This document shows, one piece after another, positions 37,310-50,368 of a stretch of DNA of 64,000 bases; the stretch's first letter is position 1, and each line of letters opens with the position of its first letter. A model generated the notes under the pieces. That model saw nothing but the letters and a program-made list of their open reading frames with translations. It was not told the origin of the DNA and did no database searches. The DNA is from Squalus acanthias (lineage: Eukaryota), in contig CM059426.1 in the NCBI GenBank assembly GCA_030390025.1, forward strand, positions 184,016,001-184,080,000, given 5' to 3'. Position numbers and translations under genes: made by a program.

Positions 37310-37755
37310 TCTCATTGCTTCGCCTCTGAGTCAGAAGATTGTGGGTTCAAGTCCCACTCCAGAGACTTGAGCACAAAAATCTAGACTGACAATCCAGTGC
37401 CATACCAAGGGAGAGCTACACTGTCAGAGGTGCCATCTTTCAGATGAGACATTAAACCGAGGTCCCTATCTGCTCTCTCAGGTGGACGTAAAAGATCCCA
37501 TGGCACTATTTCGAAGAAGAGCAGGTGAGTTATCCCCGGTGTCCTGGCCAATATTTATCCCTCAATCAACATAACAAAAACAGATTATCGGGTCATTATC
37601 ACATTGCTGTTCGTGGGAGCTTGCTGTGCGCATATTGGCTGCCGCGTTTCCTACATTACAACAGTGACTACACTCCAAAAAGTACTTAATTGGCTGTAAA
37701 GCGCTTTGGGACATTCTGAGGTCATGAAAGGCACTATATAAATGCAAGTCAGTCT
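37310..37755 (+). mobile_element. DeuSINE-like tRNA SINE with L2-like tail, nearly complete
   Basis: B box GGGTTCAAGTCCC; conserved body; tail GTAAAGCGCTTTGGGAC..TATATAAATGCAAGT. Confidence 0.8.
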
Positions 37756-37849
37756 TTCTTTCTCCACCCTGTAAAGCATTCTCAGACATCTCTGTGCATA
37801 ATGAGCCCTACAGAAATATAAGTTGTTCTATGGGGAGAGTAGGATTGAG

Positions 37850-40800
37850 TGGAACTAGAAATGAAAAGAATGGAAGAAAGAATATTTTTTTTAAGGCTAC
37901 TTGAAGAGATCTGGAAAGGATATATATTCCTGTGAGAAAAAATTGGAGAAATATAGTTAGTGCAACACGTACAGTGGCTGCACAAGGAGGTCAAGAATAA
38001 GCTTAAGGATAATAAGAATAATTTAAAAAGATATAAGGTATCAAAAAATCGTGAAGGCCAGGAGTCAAAAAGAAGTCAGTTGAGGATAAGTAAAATTATC
38101 CTATTAGGATTAGGAATTTATGGAAAATAGAAAGGATGAATTGCTGAAAGCTGTAAGAGAGATCAAAACATTTAAAAAAATCTCTGCACAATGTAGCTGG
38201 AGTATTAAAGACCGGATGGGTCCTTCGAGGGATAAGTTTAGTAGAAATACCATGGGAGGAATCAGGAGATGACACATGTTAAACTAATTCTTCACATCAG
38301 TCTTGACAAAGGAAGAGTGTGGACACATTGCAGATTCAGTTAAACTGACTCGTGAATTTATTAAATATGAGAGGCCAGTAAAGCATCTATTGTGAATAAA
38401 TTCAAAACATTAAATGTCTGCAGGGCACCTGGACCAGATGTGTGAGACCCTCGAATCCTCAAACAAAGAGTCAAGTGTCTGATTTGAAGTATGCTATAAA
38501 CGTTGCAGTTATGCATAAGGACAGCTCATGTAATCCCAATATTCAAAAACTGGCTGGGATATGATTTGGAAGGTCTAATATTAGTAATGGATAAACTACT
38601 TGAGAGCTTTACGGGTGCTATCAGTATTCAACTATAGGGCATATAGATCAAAAGGGGCAGTCAGCATGCGGTTTTAGAAGCAATCAGGTAAATTTTCATG
38701 CAAGTCAGTTCTAAATAGTTAAGAACTGGTAAAAATCTCGCCAGACTGGAATACGATAATAACTATTCTAATTTTGTGGGTCAGACTATTTGCATAATTA
38801 TTTACAACTCCAGGTACATTTGCACATCAGTGTATGGATCACAGTGAAATCAGAAGGAAAAATTGTGCATTGATGAAATTTAAAAGGAAGGATCTGGACT
38901 ATTAAAGGGGAGTCACAGAATAGGGAGACAAAAATGTTTGCAGCTTGTGAAAGGCTCGAAAGACATTTCCGCACATTGGCAGCCTTTGTCAAAGTGAGGA
39001 AAAGGGCTAAGCATTGATGAGCAAAAATAAAGGTTAAAAAAACAGGCGCTGATGATGGGAGATGGGGAGGGTACGGGGGAGGCTGGAAATGGCTGAGGAA
39101 CCCAGCAGGACCTGATTATCATTTTTTTCTTCCGTTTCCCTCTTGGCAGGCAGCCAAATTGACAGCCTGGCCAGCTGCTGGGTGGTAAAACCAGCAGCAG
39201 GAGGCCTCAGCCGGGGACCCTTGTGGACGGTCCCTGGCAATTGGGGGAGTGGGTTCAGCTGCGATTGCGGCACACAGAGAGAGGCACGGGGCTGGAGAGG
39301 GGGGGGATGTCAGCGATCACGGCAGGTGGGGAGGCCGAAGGCTTCCTTCCTGATCCTCCTGGTTCACATGGAGTGCTGTAAAAGGCACTTCCCTTGTGGC
39401 GTCGGCAGCTCCCACCTCCCCTTCACTGCTGGGTTTCCTAACCCCTGGGAAATCCGTGCAGAAAGTGCAAAATTTAAATTGGGCTCACAATTGCACTGTA
39501 GGAGCCTGATTTAAATATGTTACTGAAGCTTCCTGCCTCTCCACTGCATGACACTCGGACACCCCGCCATAAAAACGGTAACGGGCACGTATGTGGCGGG
39601 TTGGGGGACGCGTTCCCCTTTTTTACAATTTTAACCGCCCCCCACCCCCAGTCCGCCTTTCCCTCTTCCGCCTGTCGTGGGGAGGTTAATATCAAGGCCA
39701 CAATGTGCAGGTGTGAGTTGGCAGACATGTGATTGACCAGCCCAGCACTTGAACACTGTTTCAATGGCTTTGAAGTAGAAGTGGTTTTGCTTGAAGTGGT
39801 TGAGAGGAGAGTTTACCTCTCTGCCGCTTCATTGCACCAGCCCCATAAGTCAGCATTGCAGTATTGCCTGAAGGTGGATGCTGGGTTGAGTCCATCGCTG
39901 ACTGATACTGTCACTGGCTGTGCCAGCCCTATGCTGCATTTTAACTGCAGGTGTCCAGCAGATGACACAGTTCTGGATCTGGTTCTAAGCTGAACCATTA
40001 TGCACAGTTGGGATTTGCATGTGGCACTGACCCAATGTGATGGCCAGAAAATGAAGTGGAAGGCATAATTATGCCACTTCTGTGTCATTCTAATATTATT
40101 TTGTGGTCTGCCACTTTTTTGGCACTGTTATGCCCCAAGAGCTGGCACACATGGGATGCTGATGACATGAAAATCAGCCTCAATAGGTCATGCCTTGAGA
40201 ATCTGCTAGAAGTATTTAGGGAAGTAACTTAAATTGGTGACTGAAGTGGATATGATTCTCTTGGATTTCCATAAGATATTTTATTATTGGAAGTTTAAAA
40301 AAAATGTAAAGCAGCATGAAATTAATGGCAACTTAGCTACCTGGATTCAAAATAATCTTGGCAATAGACAATGTGGAAGGTTATGACAAATAGTAAAAGG
40401 GGCAGTGAAAAATAAAGTTCCATGACTACTCTTCGCATAATTTTATAAACGACAACAACAGCTTGCTTTTATATCGTAAAACGTCCCAAGGTGCTTTGAA
40501 CAAACAACATGAAGGAAAGTACTTTGAATAATCATAACATTTGCTGATGATACCGAACCAGGTAGCCGTGTAATCAGTGCAGGAGAAATTGATGGTATTC
40601 AAAAAGATCTAGACAAATTAAATTGGCAGGTTAACACTTGGCAGCAGGATTTTAATGCGAATAAATGTGAGGTAATGCCCATTAGCGCAAGAAATTTAAA
40701 ATGCATGCACATTATTTATCACTACTTGCTTTCTACTGCCAAGCCAGTTTTCAATTCAGTTTTACTGATGTTTTTTTAAATAAACCTTAGATAGGTATTC

Positions 40801-41340
40801 TTATCAAATGGCTTATCTCCACTGAATAGTCCCTATTGATAAATTGAGTTACTTTGTTACACAATTACAGATTGAGGTATGATTATTATTGCCTGTTCAC
40901 TTAAAGCAGCCAGTGAGTGTGAAACTGTTGTCAAAAAGGCTAATTGGTGTGTATATCAAGGGCATTCAATTGTAAGACATAATGGGTTATTTTAACTCTG
41001 TATAACAATTGGAATATGTGCAGCTTTCAGCACTCTCCCTTTAAAAATGACATTTTTGCCTTACAGAGAGTTCAGAAAGGAGTGCTGGAGATGATCCCTG
41101 GACTCTGAACTCTTGGTTTTAAGGAGAGACTGACATAATTGGACATGTTCTCATTGTTGAAAAGAAAATTGAGAGGAGGACCTTAAACTGCTAAAAGAAT
41201 GTGGTTAGTTAAATTAAACTGTAATTTCAGTAAAAGAAGACATGAGGATAAATTTGGTTTAAGAAAAGACTGTAGTGTTGAGGCTGCCGCGAAACACGAA
41301 TTAAGGCTGAATCCATTTGTGTTAAACAAGAGACTTTTTA
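37850..41340 (+). mobile_element. Very old, fragmented CR1 (pieces ~37850-38690, ~40190-40700, ~40890-41340) interleaved with other inserts
   Basis: Residual motifs: FFTSVLTKEE, APGPD, LDFHK, FADDT, VQK. Confidence 0.55.
39040..39699. mobile_element. Harbinger-type MITE remnant
   Basis: GC-rich, TTTAAATATG core, ends AATATCAAGGCC like 10694; left end unresolved. Confidence 0.5.
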
Positions 41341-41439
41341 ATCACAGCATGGCACAAAATGGCAGAACCGAAAAGCTCCCAGAATTCTCTGGGTAAAACC
41401 TGAGGCCCCGCCCCCTCCTGCCTTAAAGGTAAGGTGCCT

Positions 41440-42690
41440 TAAAGGGAAGGGGCTGGAAATTTGTCCACAGACGGAAGAGTGGATTATGCCCGTTTTAGGT
41501 GGCGATCCGCCACAGTAGATTAATAGGCAGAAAGTTGTTGTCAATGGATTTAGATCGGCTTGGAGACTTTTACATTCATGTCCTGCAGGGATCGGTGTTA
41601 GAATCTTTACTATGTTCATTAACAACCTCGACGTACGTGTTTGGGGGAATGATCCACAAGTTTGCGGATGACACCAGGATATGTGCGAGTGCAGATCTCG
41701 ATGTGTTGGGGGAATGGGCCCCTGTGTTTGGCAAATAATGTTTAACTTAGAAAAATGTAGTGTTAAGCATGTGGGCAGGTCTAATGCTATATATATATAT
41801 GTACACAAGGAACAGCATTGGAGCCAATGGTGAAAGAAACAGATCTGGCTGTTTTAGTACATCACCGTCTAAAGGTTCATGGCCAAGGCTGTAAGGCTAT
41901 AGCTAAAGCAAACAGTGTTCTAGGTTGTATTCACAAGACGATTCACCGCAAAGCATTCCATTTTGTCCTTGTACAAGATGTTGGCTAGGCCTAATTTTGA
42001 ACACTATCCAGTTTTTGTCTCCTCATATGGTGGGGGATACTAAGGCTTTGGAAAGGGTGCAGAGGAGTGCCACAAGATTGATTCCCAGTCTAAAGCACCT
42101 AAGTTACCCAGACAGGCCCAATGAGCTGGGTTTGCAAAGCATGGACTCGAGGGCGATTTGATCAAGGATTATAAAATAATGAAGGGGCTAGATTGTGTTA
42201 ATGTGGACCTATTATTTCAACTGGATAGGTTAGGGAGGCCCAGGGGTCACGTTTACAAGTTACGTAAGGGCAGGACTCGGTTAGATGTTAGCTGGCTCTT
42301 CTGTTCCCAGAGAATAGTGAACCTGTGGAACAGATTACCAGCTCGTGTGATGAATGCTGATTCACTGTATTTCTTCAAGAAAGAGCTGTATTTGTTTCTG
42401 GCTGTGGTGGAGATCACCTTGTACAAGCAGTAGGTATCCTGTAATATAAATCAGGCTCAATGTGATCTCCTGAACTAGTTTTGATCACCTAAAGGGGTCG
42501 GAGAGGAATTTTCCAGATATATTTCCTAATTAGCTTGGGTTTTTATCTGTTTTTTTGCCTCTCCCAGGAGATTACATAGCTCCGGAGGTGGGTAGGGAGT
42601 GTCTGTATTGTGATACATACGGCATCAAAACATTATGGGACAGGTTGAATGGACCAGTGGGTCTTTTTCTGTCCGTCATTTTCGTATATT
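41440..42690 (+). mobile_element. Older CR1 3' fragment with long 3' UTR
   Basis: QGSVL, KFADDT, ERVQRSATRLIP and SQRIVNLWNRLP motifs. Confidence 0.8.
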
Positions 42691-43506
42691 CAGAGAGCAG
42701 ATTTTCCCTCAGAATATTAGTTACCGTGGAATAGACTTGTATCAAAATTGGGAAAAGATCTGAATGAATATCTGTACAGTGTTATTGGTGATAGTACCAT
42801 AATAATCTGGCGATTTATTTTATCTACAGTATGTCTCATTAGTTGAGCAACAGGTCTGACTATGATCTGGTGCTTGTTTATTTTGGTTTATTTAACACGT
42901 AAGAAAGAGAGTCAAGTAACACATAAAAAATGAATTGGATGCTAATTGAATTACAGAGACATGAAGAAAATCAACATAAAATAGATAGTTTGTCAGCACA
43001 GGGTTTATGGGCCTTACACATACCCCATTAAAGCAATTGTTCTGTATCTACTTTTTCTGGTTTATGTAATTTTGAATTACAGATACAGCTGAGGATAGAT
43101 TCATATTTAATGTGTTTAATAAATAAAATGTATCACAACATGACGTTTATATTATCTCTTAAAATGTGCTTCTGTTCTGGAACTGTTACGAATATTGCAG
43201 GAATGGCAATATGCAAATCAACATTACTGTGCATAGATGTGGTAATCGACAATTGCCTGGCTGGATGAGCGCGTAACTGTGCGTGTCAGGGTTGACAACA
43301 GTGTACATATTCCTTGGCAAGCACTTGCAAATGTTGCATGCAAATTAAATGCAGTCCATCTGCTGAATATGACTATTTTCAAGGCATGATATAAATTGCT
43401 TTAAAATGAAGTTATCAGTGAATTGACAAAAATGTTGGAACTCAAGAGTACTGTAACATTTATGACAGACTTCCCTTTTGAATTATGTCAATGATGTGCA
43501 TTGTAC

Positions 43507-43910
43507 GCCGCGATTTTAAAATTCTCATCCTTGTTTTCAAAACCTTCCATGGCCTCGCCGCTCCCTACCTCCTCCAGCCCTAAACCCTCTGAAATCTCTC
43601 CGCTCCTCCAATTCTGGCCTCTTGCACATCCCCGATGTTCTTCACTCCACAATTGGCGGCCGTGCCTTCAGTTGCCTCGATTCTAAGCTCCGGAATTCCC
43701 TCTAAACCTGTCTGCCTCTCCATTTCTCTCTCCTCCTTTAAGACAGTCCTTAAAACCTACCTCTTTGACCAAGCTTTTGATCACCTGTCCAAATATCACT
43801 TTGTGGCTTGGCGTTGAATTTTGTTTGATTTGGCTCCTGTGAAGCGCCTTGGGACGTTTTACCATGTTAAGGACGCTATATAAATGCAAATTGTAGTTCT
43901 TGTTGTTGTA
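43507..43910 (+). mobile_element. L2 LINE 3' end
   Basis: FKILILVFK..FKTVLKTYLFDQAF peptide; tail ACGCTATATAAATGCAAATTGTAGTTCTTGTTGTTG. Confidence 0.85.
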
Positions 43911-44093
43911 TACAAGGCATGTCAATGGACATTCTTATAAGTTAAGCGAGTTCACTTGAGTGTTTTTATTCAACACAAATAACTTTAGGGGATTTGCTGC
44001 TCAGTTTTTGTCAAATTTCTTCACTAATTTTTACCTTTTTGTGCATTGCGTTTCTTAGTGTATTGAAGATTAGACATGAATTATCTTTTCATT

Positions 44094-44859
44094 GGGCCAA
44101 AAATTCGGCACTTGCCGGGTGAGTACGCACTGTGTACTCACCCGTAAGGCCCCCTGAAGTGCCGGTTTCCTGCATGCACTGCGCATGCGCGGGAAACCGG
44201 AACTTCCGGTCTCGTGAAGGGAGCGGTTCAGAGGTGAACCGCGTGCGCGGTAGAGGCTGCGCACACGCAGCAAACTTAGGGTTTTTTTCAGGTTTCTCCG
44301 GGAGAGTAAGTGTTGAAGAACCTGCGCTTTTAAAAAGGAGGCGCAGGACCTGTTTTCAACAAGGTAAGTGGTTAATTATTTATAATTTAAAAATTTTTTC
44401 AACAGGTTTATCTTTTTTAGATACTTTAAAGAAAGGTAAGTTTATTTTTTAGCACTGTTAAAAAGTATTTAAATTTTTTCAAAAATTAAAATTTTTGTTT
44501 AAAGTAGTTAATTTATTTAACTTATAGTTATTTTAAAATTGTGATTTTTAAAAAAAAAATTTATTTGAAGTTTAGCTGTTCTTTTGGGGCCGATTTCAAT
44601 TCATAGATTTGACAAGTCTTCCTGTCAAATCTATGAATGAAAGATGGTCTGCTGCCATTGGCTCTCCATGGCCCACGTGATCCCAGGGGACGCATCGCAC
44701 TAACTACGCCCCTGGAACACGCAAGCCCTGCGCGCCGGCAGTTGGAGCAGGCCCAGGAGCTGAAGTCCCCGTGGTACAGAAGCAGAACGGCAGATGCGGT
44801 AAGTAAGTGCGTGCGCGATCCTTACCCCCGCGACAATGGGAGAGGCGAATTTCTGGGCC
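44094..44859 (+). mobile_element. Harbinger-type MITE (766 bp), AT-rich core
   Basis: TIRs GGGCCAAAAATTC / GGCCCAGAAATTC (rc); TSD ATT at 44091-44093 and 44860-44862. Confidence 0.9.
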
Positions 44860-45029
44860 ATTATATTCCAGTCTTCAGTGCTAAATGCAAATTCTTCCAT
44901 AAAGTTTTTTGACTCATTGAGAGTAATTTTTGACTTCACTGCTTAGACGCCGTGGTGCTTGAATTTCTGCTTTGTGTCTTGGCGACCAGAACTGGGTGCA
45001 GCCTGACCAGTGCACTGTACAATTTGATC

Positions 45030-47020
45030 TTTTTTTAAATATTTATTTTTGGGTTGTGGGCGTCGCTGGCAAGGTCAGCATTTATTGCCCATCCCCAGTT
45101 GCCCTTGAGAAGGTGGTGGTGAGCCGCCTTCTTGAACCGCTGCAGTCCGTGTGGTGAAGGTACTCCCACAGTGCTGTTAGGGAGGGAGTTCCAGGATTTT
45201 GACCCAGCGACAATGAAGGAACGGCGATATACTTCTAAGTCAGGATGATGCGTGACTTGGAGGGGAATTTGGAGGTGGTGTTGTTCCCATGCGCCTGCTG
45301 CCCTTGTCCTTCGAGGTGGAAGAGGTCGCGGGTTTGGGAGGTGCTGCCGAAGAAGCCTTGGCGAGTTGCTGCAGTGCATCTTGTAGATGGTACACACTGC
45401 ATCCACGGTACGCCAGTGGTGGAGGGAGTGGATGTTTCAGGTGGACAATGGTAACCCCCAGGATATTGATGGTGGGAGATTCGACGATGGTAATGCCGTT
45501 GAATGTCAAGGGGTGGTGTTTAGACTCTCGCTTGTTGGAGATAGTCATTGTCTGGCATTTGTGTGGCGCGAATGTTACCTGCCACTTATCAGTCCAAGCC
45601 TGAATGTCGTCCAGGTCTTGCTGCATGCGGGCATGGACTGCTTCATTATCTGAGGAGTTGTGATTGGCACTGAACACTGTGCAGTCATCAGCGAACATCC
45701 CCACTTCTGATCTTATGATGGAGGGAAGGTCATTGATGAAGCAGCTGAAGATGGTTGGGCCTACGACACTGCCCTGAGGAACTCCTGCAGCGATGTCCTG
45801 GGGCTGTGATGATTGACCTCCAACCACCACAACCATCTTCCTTAATGCTAGGTATGACTCCAGCCAGTGGAGAGATTTCCCCCTGATTCCCATTGACTTC
45901 GGTTTTACTAGGGCTCCTTGATGCACTGTCGACGACACCTTCCATCACTTTGCTGATGATTGAGAGTAGACTGATGGGGCAGTAATTGCCAGATTTTTGT
46001 GGACAGGACATACCTGGGCAGTTTTCCACATTGTCGGATAGCTGCCAGTGTTATAGCTGTACTGGAACAGCTTGGCTAGAGGCGCGGCTAGTTCTGGAGC
46101 ACAAGTCTTCAGCACGACAACCGGGATGTTGTTAGATGATTGTGGGATCGCTTATCTCTGTCTATAGCACTTTGCTTCTGCTTTTTAGCATGCATGTAGT
46201 CCTGTGTTGCAGCTTCCCGAGGTTGGCGCCTCATTTTTAGGTACGCCTGGTGCTGCTCCTGGCATGCTCTTCTACACTTCTTATTGAACCAGGGTTGGTC
46301 CCCTGGCTTGATGGCAATGGTAGAGTGAGGGATATGCTGGGCCATGAGGTTACAGATTGTGGTGGAATACAATTCTTCTGCTGCTGATGGCCCATAGCGC
46401 CTCATGGATGCCCAGTTTTGAGCTGCTAGATCTGTTCTGAATCTATCCCATTTAGCACGGTGGTTGTGCCACACAACACGATGGAGGGTGTCCTCAGTGT
46501 GAAGACGGGACTTCGTCTCCACAATGACTGTGCGGTGGTCACTGCTACTAATGCTGTCATGGACTGATGCATCTGTGACAGGTAGATTGCTGAGGACGAG
46601 GTCAAGTATGTTTTTCCCTCGTGTTGGTTCTTTCACCACTTGTCACAGGCCCAGACTGGCAGCTATGTCCTTCAGGACTCGGCCAACTCGATCAGTAGTG
46701 GTGCTACCGAGCCACTCTTGGTGATGGACATTGAAGTCCCCACCCAGAGTACATTCTGTGTCCTTGCTGCTCTCAGTGCTTCTTCCAAGTGGTATTCAAC
46801 ATGGAGGAGAGCTGATTCATCAGCTGAGGGAGGGCGGTAGGTGGCAATCAGCAGGAGGTTTCCTTGCCCATGCTTGACTTGAAGCCATGAGACATCATGG
46901 CGTCCGGAGGCAATGTTGAGGACTCCCAGGGCCACTCCTTCCCGACTGTATACCACTGTGCCGCCACCCCTGGTAGGTCTGTCCTGCTGGTGGGACAGGA
47001 CATACCCAGGGATGGTGATA
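45030..47020 (-). mobile_element. Internally deleted copy of the 57534-60670 LINE family
   Basis: EN and RT peptides (VPQGSVVGP, MFADD) near-identical to the 58453-59958 ORF; same 3' tail. Confidence 0.9.
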
Positions 47021-47066
47021 GATATGTTCAAATGAAGATGGTGTGTGACTTCCTCTGATTTATATT

Positions 47067-47809
47067 GGCCCAGAAATTGATCTCGCTCTGTTCCCGCGGG
47101 GGTAAGGAGCAGGCGCGATCTCTCACTCCGCGTTGGCTTTTTCAGATCCAGCTCGCACGAACTTGATCTTCTAGACATCAGCTGGGCAGTGCTTGCGTAT
47201 CCCACCGGCGTAGTGAATTCGTGCGAGCTGTGGGATCACGTGACTCAGTTAGAGCCAATGGCAGCACACCATCTTCCATTCATAAGTTTCACATACGTGC
47301 TGTGAAAGCTATGAATCTTACACACCACCAAAATAACAGCTAAACCTCAATTAAATTTAAAAAAAAACCATCACATTAATAAAATAAGTATAGTTAAATA
47401 AATTAACCATTTTAAATAAAAAATTAAATTTTTGAAAAAATTTAAAATCTTTTAAAAAGTTATAAAAATAAACTTACCTGTCTTTAAAGTCTCTAAAAAA
47501 GATATACCTGTTAAAAAAAATTCAAAATAATACTTAATTCACTACTTACCTTGTTAAAAGAGGGTCTTACTCCTCCTTTTTTCATTTCTAAAATCTTCCG
47601 TACTTACCTGCGCGTCCAAAGCACGAAGTGCACAGCGTGCGCGCAGCCTGTAGCGCGCACGCGGTGCACCGAGGAACCGCCCCCTTTTCCAAAAACCAAG
47701 TGCCGGTTTTCAGCGCATGCGCAGGGCATGCAGAAAACCGGCAATTGGAGAGAGAATACGCGAGAGTACGCAGTGCGTACTCTCGCGTAGCGGCATCAAT
47801 TTTTGGCCC
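47067..47809 (-). mobile_element. Harbinger-type MITE (743 bp), diverged relative of 44094-44859 in opposite orientation
   Basis: TIRs GGCCCAGAAATTGA / GGGCCAAAAATTGA (rc); TSD ATT at 47064-47066 and 47810-47812. Confidence 0.9.
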
Positions 47810-47819
47810 ATTCTTTTTT

Positions 47820-48400
47820 AGCTACATAGTTTAACATTCTATTGGCTTTTTAATAGCTACTCTGCGTTGTTGGACATGTTTCGAGTTGAGTCTGTTGAGA
47901 CTCCTAGATCTCTCTCAGCTTCATCATTCATGGAGTACATGTTCTGCCTATTTTTCCTTCCTATTTGCAGTACTTTGTATTTGTCTGCTTTAAACGTCAT
48001 CTGTCATAATTATCCCTGCTTATGTATTTGCCCAACTCATTGTTATTTCTGAGCTACTTCCTTTGGTTCCATTGCCCCTCGTAGTTTAAATCATCTGCAA
48101 CTGATAACTAATTTGCATTGCGATTCTGAATCCAATATATTGAAGTCAATGAGAATCGGTCGTGGTCCCAACATTAAGCCCTGAAGCACCCCACTCAGAA
48201 CTCTCCCCACCCCCTCACCCCGCCAATAACTTCTCTAAATGCTCATTGTTTTCCCCTTCAGCTAATTTCTTGCCTATTCCCAAGATTTACCTAAATCCCC
48301 ACGGCTTTGAGTTTAACTTATCGCCTTTTGTGTGGAACTTTGTCAAATGTCAGAAGTCTAGGTCCAACACAATCTACTTGGGCTGTTCACTTGGATGTTA
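47820..48400 (-). mobile_element. Decayed CR1 RT fragment
   Basis: Reverse strand has LDF..FDKVP, GASGLNVGTT and LVISCR/ADD-like remnants. Confidence 0.55.
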
Positions 48401-49669
48401 ATCATTTTGCAGGCATATCCTTGACATCTATTTTTATTGTGTGGCATAAAATTAAAGGGAGATAATCATGAAAGAAGGACAAAGCTGTGTGTGAGGTTGT
48501 TAGCTAGACTCGCTATCGAGCACAATGTAAATTAATGCTTTGACTGATAGCCCACTTGGCTGGCTGGAAATCTGGATGGCTCTGGTGCATAAATCAGTTT
48601 CAACCCATAATGAAAACTGAGAATTAGCTCTTTTCTTTCCCCCTAAATTACCTCAGAAGTAGAAGTTTCAAATTAACATCTAATTAACATTTAATTGATT
48701 GGATTAAATTTACCCAGAACTATTCATGTTTAATCATATTTTGAGGTTCAAAATATATTTGGATCAGATGCTGTAAAATGTTCAGATGTCCCCTTTTTAA
48801 AACTGCCATTCTAAGGAAGATCTGAAATCGAAATTGATATCGTGAATAGCTTGTAGCATTTGATTGACTTCAGAAAATGATGACTTTCATTTGTTATTCA
48901 TGTAGCCCTTCAGGAGAATATGGTAATATCTTTTCTGTAGGCATGGCATTATAATAATCTTTCACTGAAATTACAGCCAAATAATCCACCAATTGATTTA
49001 TTTCCTTTTATCTGAATTGGTTTAAATGGGAAAATAATTTTAGCCATTCTTTTATCATTCTCTTTGTGAATGAGAATTTTTTTTTTTACAGCTTTTGTAG
49101 TTACATAGTTACGTAGTATTTACAACACAGAAACAGGCCATTCGGCCCAACAGGTCCATGCCTTCGAACCCATTTCATTGCAGTTTATTAACTGTATAAA
49201 GTCTGAGTAATTGTGTTGAATTCTTGTGTTCTAATGCTGCTGTGCCAAACCACAGGATGCATCTAAAAATGGTTCAATATCAGTTAACATTTTAATCATA
49301 GCACCACTGGTGAGATTATTACTCCTTCGTCAGGTGAAGTGAAGAGATGCATATAGACACAGCATATATAGTCAGAGAACACTGCCAGATGATTACAGTT
49401 AATCTTTCTAACTGCCCTTTATCACACCTCGGCAGAGAGATAATCACGGCAATCAAAGGTGTGGATGGTGTCCAAACAGGTCAGTCAGGAAAACATTACA
49501 TCAAAGACAATGAGGTGGGGTCACAAGGGGTCAAATGTGGCAGATGCTGGTGTCTGTATGGAAAACAAAAGACTTTTTTTGCTGGAAATCACAGCAGGTC
49601 CGGCCGCATCTGTGTAGAGAGAACAAGCCAACGACGACTCGAGTCTGCATGACTCTACGTCAGGTGGGG

Positions 49670-49837
49670 TTACATGTAGCGTGACATCAACCCAAGATCC
49701 CGGTTGAGGCCGTCCTCATGGGTACGAAACTTGGCTATCAGTTTCTGCTCGACGATTTTGCGTTGTCGTGTGTCTTGAAGGCCGCCTTGGAGAACGCTTA
49801 CCCGAAGATCGGAGGCTGAATGTCCTTGACTGCTGAA
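49670..49837 (-). pseudogene. Penelope GIY-YIG endonuclease C-terminal fragment
   Basis: FSSQGHSASDLRVSVLQGGLQDTRQRKIVEQKLIAKFRTHEDGLNRDLGLMSRYM* (E...I...GLN motif of PLE GIY-YIG). Confidence 0.8.
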
Positions 49838-50368
49838 GATTTCAAATAAAACTGTTGGGGGTAAAAATTCACTTGGTTGCGCCTCCCGTTAGCGCCTTAA
49901 GAGGGCGCTAATGGGGCGTTAAGCCGCTAACGCCCGGGCGCAGCGCTGTTTGCGCCGCTCGAGAACTTAACTTGAGATCGTGCGGCGGCGCTAAAACTTA
50001 CCGCTGCGACCACCTGCGCGCGCAGATTGTGACGTCATTCCATGGTGCAACGCCCTTGGGGCGCTCCGGAGCGGAAATTGAGTGACGCCCCCTGCCTTAC
50101 CGCCTGGCGCTTCCAACGACCGGAAGACTGGAACGTTATCAATCGGTGTGGGGCTGGGGGGGGCGCTATTTAAAGGGGGCCTCTTCCTGTCTTTTTCTGT
50201 GGTCGACATTTATGCACCACTCGTTCTGAGAGAGAGAGAGAGATTCGGAGAGAGAGAGAGAGAGACTTCTACATTGACTCAACGCTTTGTGAGGTAGTTT
50301 TGCCTATTCATCCTAACTTTGTTGCTACTTTAGTTGCTGTACCTCATTACTTTTCTGGCAAAGAGAAT

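Noticed and set aside
18142-43240. Other AG..GT-bounded candidate exons (e.g. ~18142, ~29337-29396, ~36890-36927, ~43083, ~43201)
   Set aside because: None gives a peptide that continues the PH domain or matches a recognisable family; they cannot be supported without RNA data.
50300-50368. ORF-track N-terminal extension of the transposase (409 aa)
   Set aside because: It starts at a TTG; the first in-frame ATG is at 50369.
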